Source: Callorhinchus milii
Taxonomy: Eukaryota
Assembly (NCBI RefSeq): GCF_018977255.1
Contig: NW_024704743.1
Span: 68,016,001-68,080,000 of the forward strand
DNA: 64,000 nt
Direction: 5' to 3'
The notes beneath the pieces are model-generated. The model was not told the origin of the DNA and did not search any database. It was given only the letters and a program-made list of their open reading frames with translations. The stretch's first letter is position 1. Every line of letters begins with the position of its first letter. Of this stretch, positions 61,760 to 64,000 are shown in pieces. Both the position numbers and the translations under genes were made by a program.

Positions 61760-63270
61760 ACTAAGACTTACCGCTTTGCCCTCACCTCCGCCAAATCATC
61801 CTTTTACTCCAAGATAATCTTAGAGGCCAAGGACAATCCCAGGCTCCTCTTCTTCACCACTAACTGACTCCGCTGTCCATCTTCCTGTGCCTTGCCCATC
61901 CTCTTCTCCAATTCCAACTGCAAGATGTTGGCCTTCCTTGAATCCAAAATCAAGGGGATTCATTCAGCTACCTCTCCCCCATCCACCGCTTCCCCCTCAC
62001 AAGCTTCCCCTCATTCCTACTCTCCAGCTATCGCCCTATCTCCAACCTCCCATTCCTCTCCAAGGCACTGGAATGAGTCATTGTGTCCCAGCTTCGCTCT
62101 TTCCATTCCCTCTCTGAACTCTTCCAATCAGTTTCTGTGCTGCCCACAGTACAGAAACAGCCCAGATCAAAGTCACTAACAACATTCTGAACATCTGTGA
62201 CCAGGGCTCTCTCTGCTTCCTTTTCCTCCTCGACCTCTCTGCTGCTTTCGTCACTGTCAACCATTCCATCCTGCTACAACACCTCTCCTCTCGGCTCAAT
62301 CTTCACGGATTTGCCCTTGCCTGGTTCGCATCCTCTACCTCTCCCACCATCTCCACTTTGTCGCCAGTAACGACCTCTCCTCCAGCACCGTCACCTGTGG
62401 AGTCCCTCAGGGGTCTGTCCTTGGCCCTCTCCTTTTCAATACCTATATGCTCCCTCTTGGTGACATCATCTGAAGACATGGGGTCAACTTCTACTTGTAT
62501 GCAGATGACACCCAACTCTATCTCTCTGCCTCCACTCTCGACTCCAGGACCATTTTGGTCCTGACAGATGTATGTTGGATATCAAGTCCTGGATGAGAGC
62601 TAACTTATTGCAGTTGAATGTCCAAGGCCCTCCTGCTTGGCTCCGTCAGCGCCTCCACACCTCAGTTACTGATAGAATCTCCCTCCGTGGATGCACACTG
62701 CATCTCACGGAGCCAATATGGAACCTCGGCGTCCTGTTCAACCCTCAACTGTCCTTCATACCCCACATCCTTGCCATGACCCGCTCCACCTTTCCCCACT
62801 CCGCAACAACACTCCGCTCCATCATTGTCTCACACAGGAGCCCACCAAGACTCTCATACATGCATTCATAACATCCAGGCTCAACTACGCAAACTCCCTG
62901 CTTGTCAGCCTCCCCAACTCCTCCCTCCTTAGGCTGCAGATCAGCCAGAACTTTGCGGCCTGTATTCTCTCCTGCTTCATGTCCCCTGCCTCGCTCACCC
63001 GACCATTGGCAGGAGGGCCTTCGGCCACTTTGCCCCCACCCTCTGGAACTCCATCCGCAGTCTCTCCACTATGCCCCCCACTTGCCTTCTTCAAGACCCT
63101 TCTCAAGACCCTCGTCTTCGACCATGCCTTCGGTCACCGTCCTTCTACTCCTGCCCTCCAACCTACCCAATTCTGACCCCCAGCTTGGGTCCAAAACACT
63201 GATTGTCCAGCGCCTTGGGACATCCGCCCATCATGAAAGGCGCTATACAAATATAATTTTGTTATTATTG
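61760..63270 (+). mobile_element. L2 LINE, decayed, with internal deletions, to 3' tail
   Basis: tatgcagatgacacccaactcta (YADDTQL), LIHAFITSRLNYAN, tail gggacatccgcccatcatgaaaggcgctatacaaat. Confidence 0.9.
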
Positions 63271-63589
63271 TGTACGAAATGCTAGAATTTAACCATATCA
63301 ATCTTTTCATTGTAACCTTAAAATCCTCTCGGCTTTTCAGAAGAATTTACTTTAAAAATAGTAAATGCACCTGAAGCAAACAGGTGAACTTTCTGTGATG
63401 CCCTGCCATTTTCCCAAATTATCTAGACACAAAAAATTAAAGCAGGTGGTCCAACATCGAACCCCATCCAGCCACCATCCCCTTTCATTGAGGATAAAAT
63501 ACTGGAAGGGTGGGCCAGGAGTCTTTCATGGGATTTGGGAACATAGATGTTGGCTGCATCCCATGAAGCAGTATTAAAACACTAAATTC

Positions 63590-63930
63590 TACATTCACAG
63601 TCTAGGCTGACACTCCAGTGCAGTGTATAGGGAATACTACATTGTAGGAGGTGATGTCATTTGGGTAAGACCTTAAATCAAGATTCTGTCTGCTGGTCAG
63701 TGGACATTAGCGATCCAAAGTAACTACTCAAAAAAAGAACCACAGTACCACTTAAAAAGAGAAGGGAGTTTCTCTTGGTGACCTGGCTGACAAACTTGCA
63801 GATAACATTGACTGCCACATTTGCCTGCAAATGAACAGTCACTACACTTCCAGTCAAATCCTGCGAAGCTCTCTGAGACATCTCAATGACATGACTCGAG
63901 GATTACATCAAATGCAAGGAGTACGGTTAT
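63590..63930 (+). mobile_element. Deu-domain SINE, 5'-truncated
   Basis: gtctaggctgacactccagtgcagt, gggagtttctc, atcaaatgcaagga tail. Confidence 0.75.
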
Positions 63931-64000
63931 TATATAAGAGCCAACAGCAATGGCTGCGCTGAAATCTTCTACTCAAACATGGGGGGCAAGATTACATCCA

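Overview
Repeat-dense vertebrate genomic DNA, most likely from a cartilaginous fish. The CR1/HER1-type and L2 LINEs, Deu-domain SacSINE1-like SINEs and a tRNA-Ala/CORE SINE resembling the CmiSINE family suggest a holocephalan (chimaera/elephant shark); this rests on recalled family structure, not a database search. The only credible host coding sequence is one minus-strand first coding exon (31017-31110). It encodes a signal-peptide-like 31 aa, ends at a phase-1 GTGAGT donor, lies in a CpG island and resembles exon 1 of CNTNAP2 (Caspr2). On that reading, 1-31016 is part of a very long intron 1 and >31300 is upstream intergenic DNA. All other long ORFs are decayed LINE ORF2 pieces or simple-repeat artefacts. 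I found no evidence of a new multi-gene system. The notable structures are local: a ~1.1 kb duplication capped by an extra L2 tail, a 413-bp stem-loop-rich insertion with TSD and A-rich tail, a hAT element (8-bp TSD) filled with L2 sequence, a ~200-bp templated insertion, several fold-back palindromes inside SINEs, and four tandem-repeat arrays around the promoter, one in frame with exon 1. Repeat boundaries are read by eye and approximate unless a TSD is quoted.
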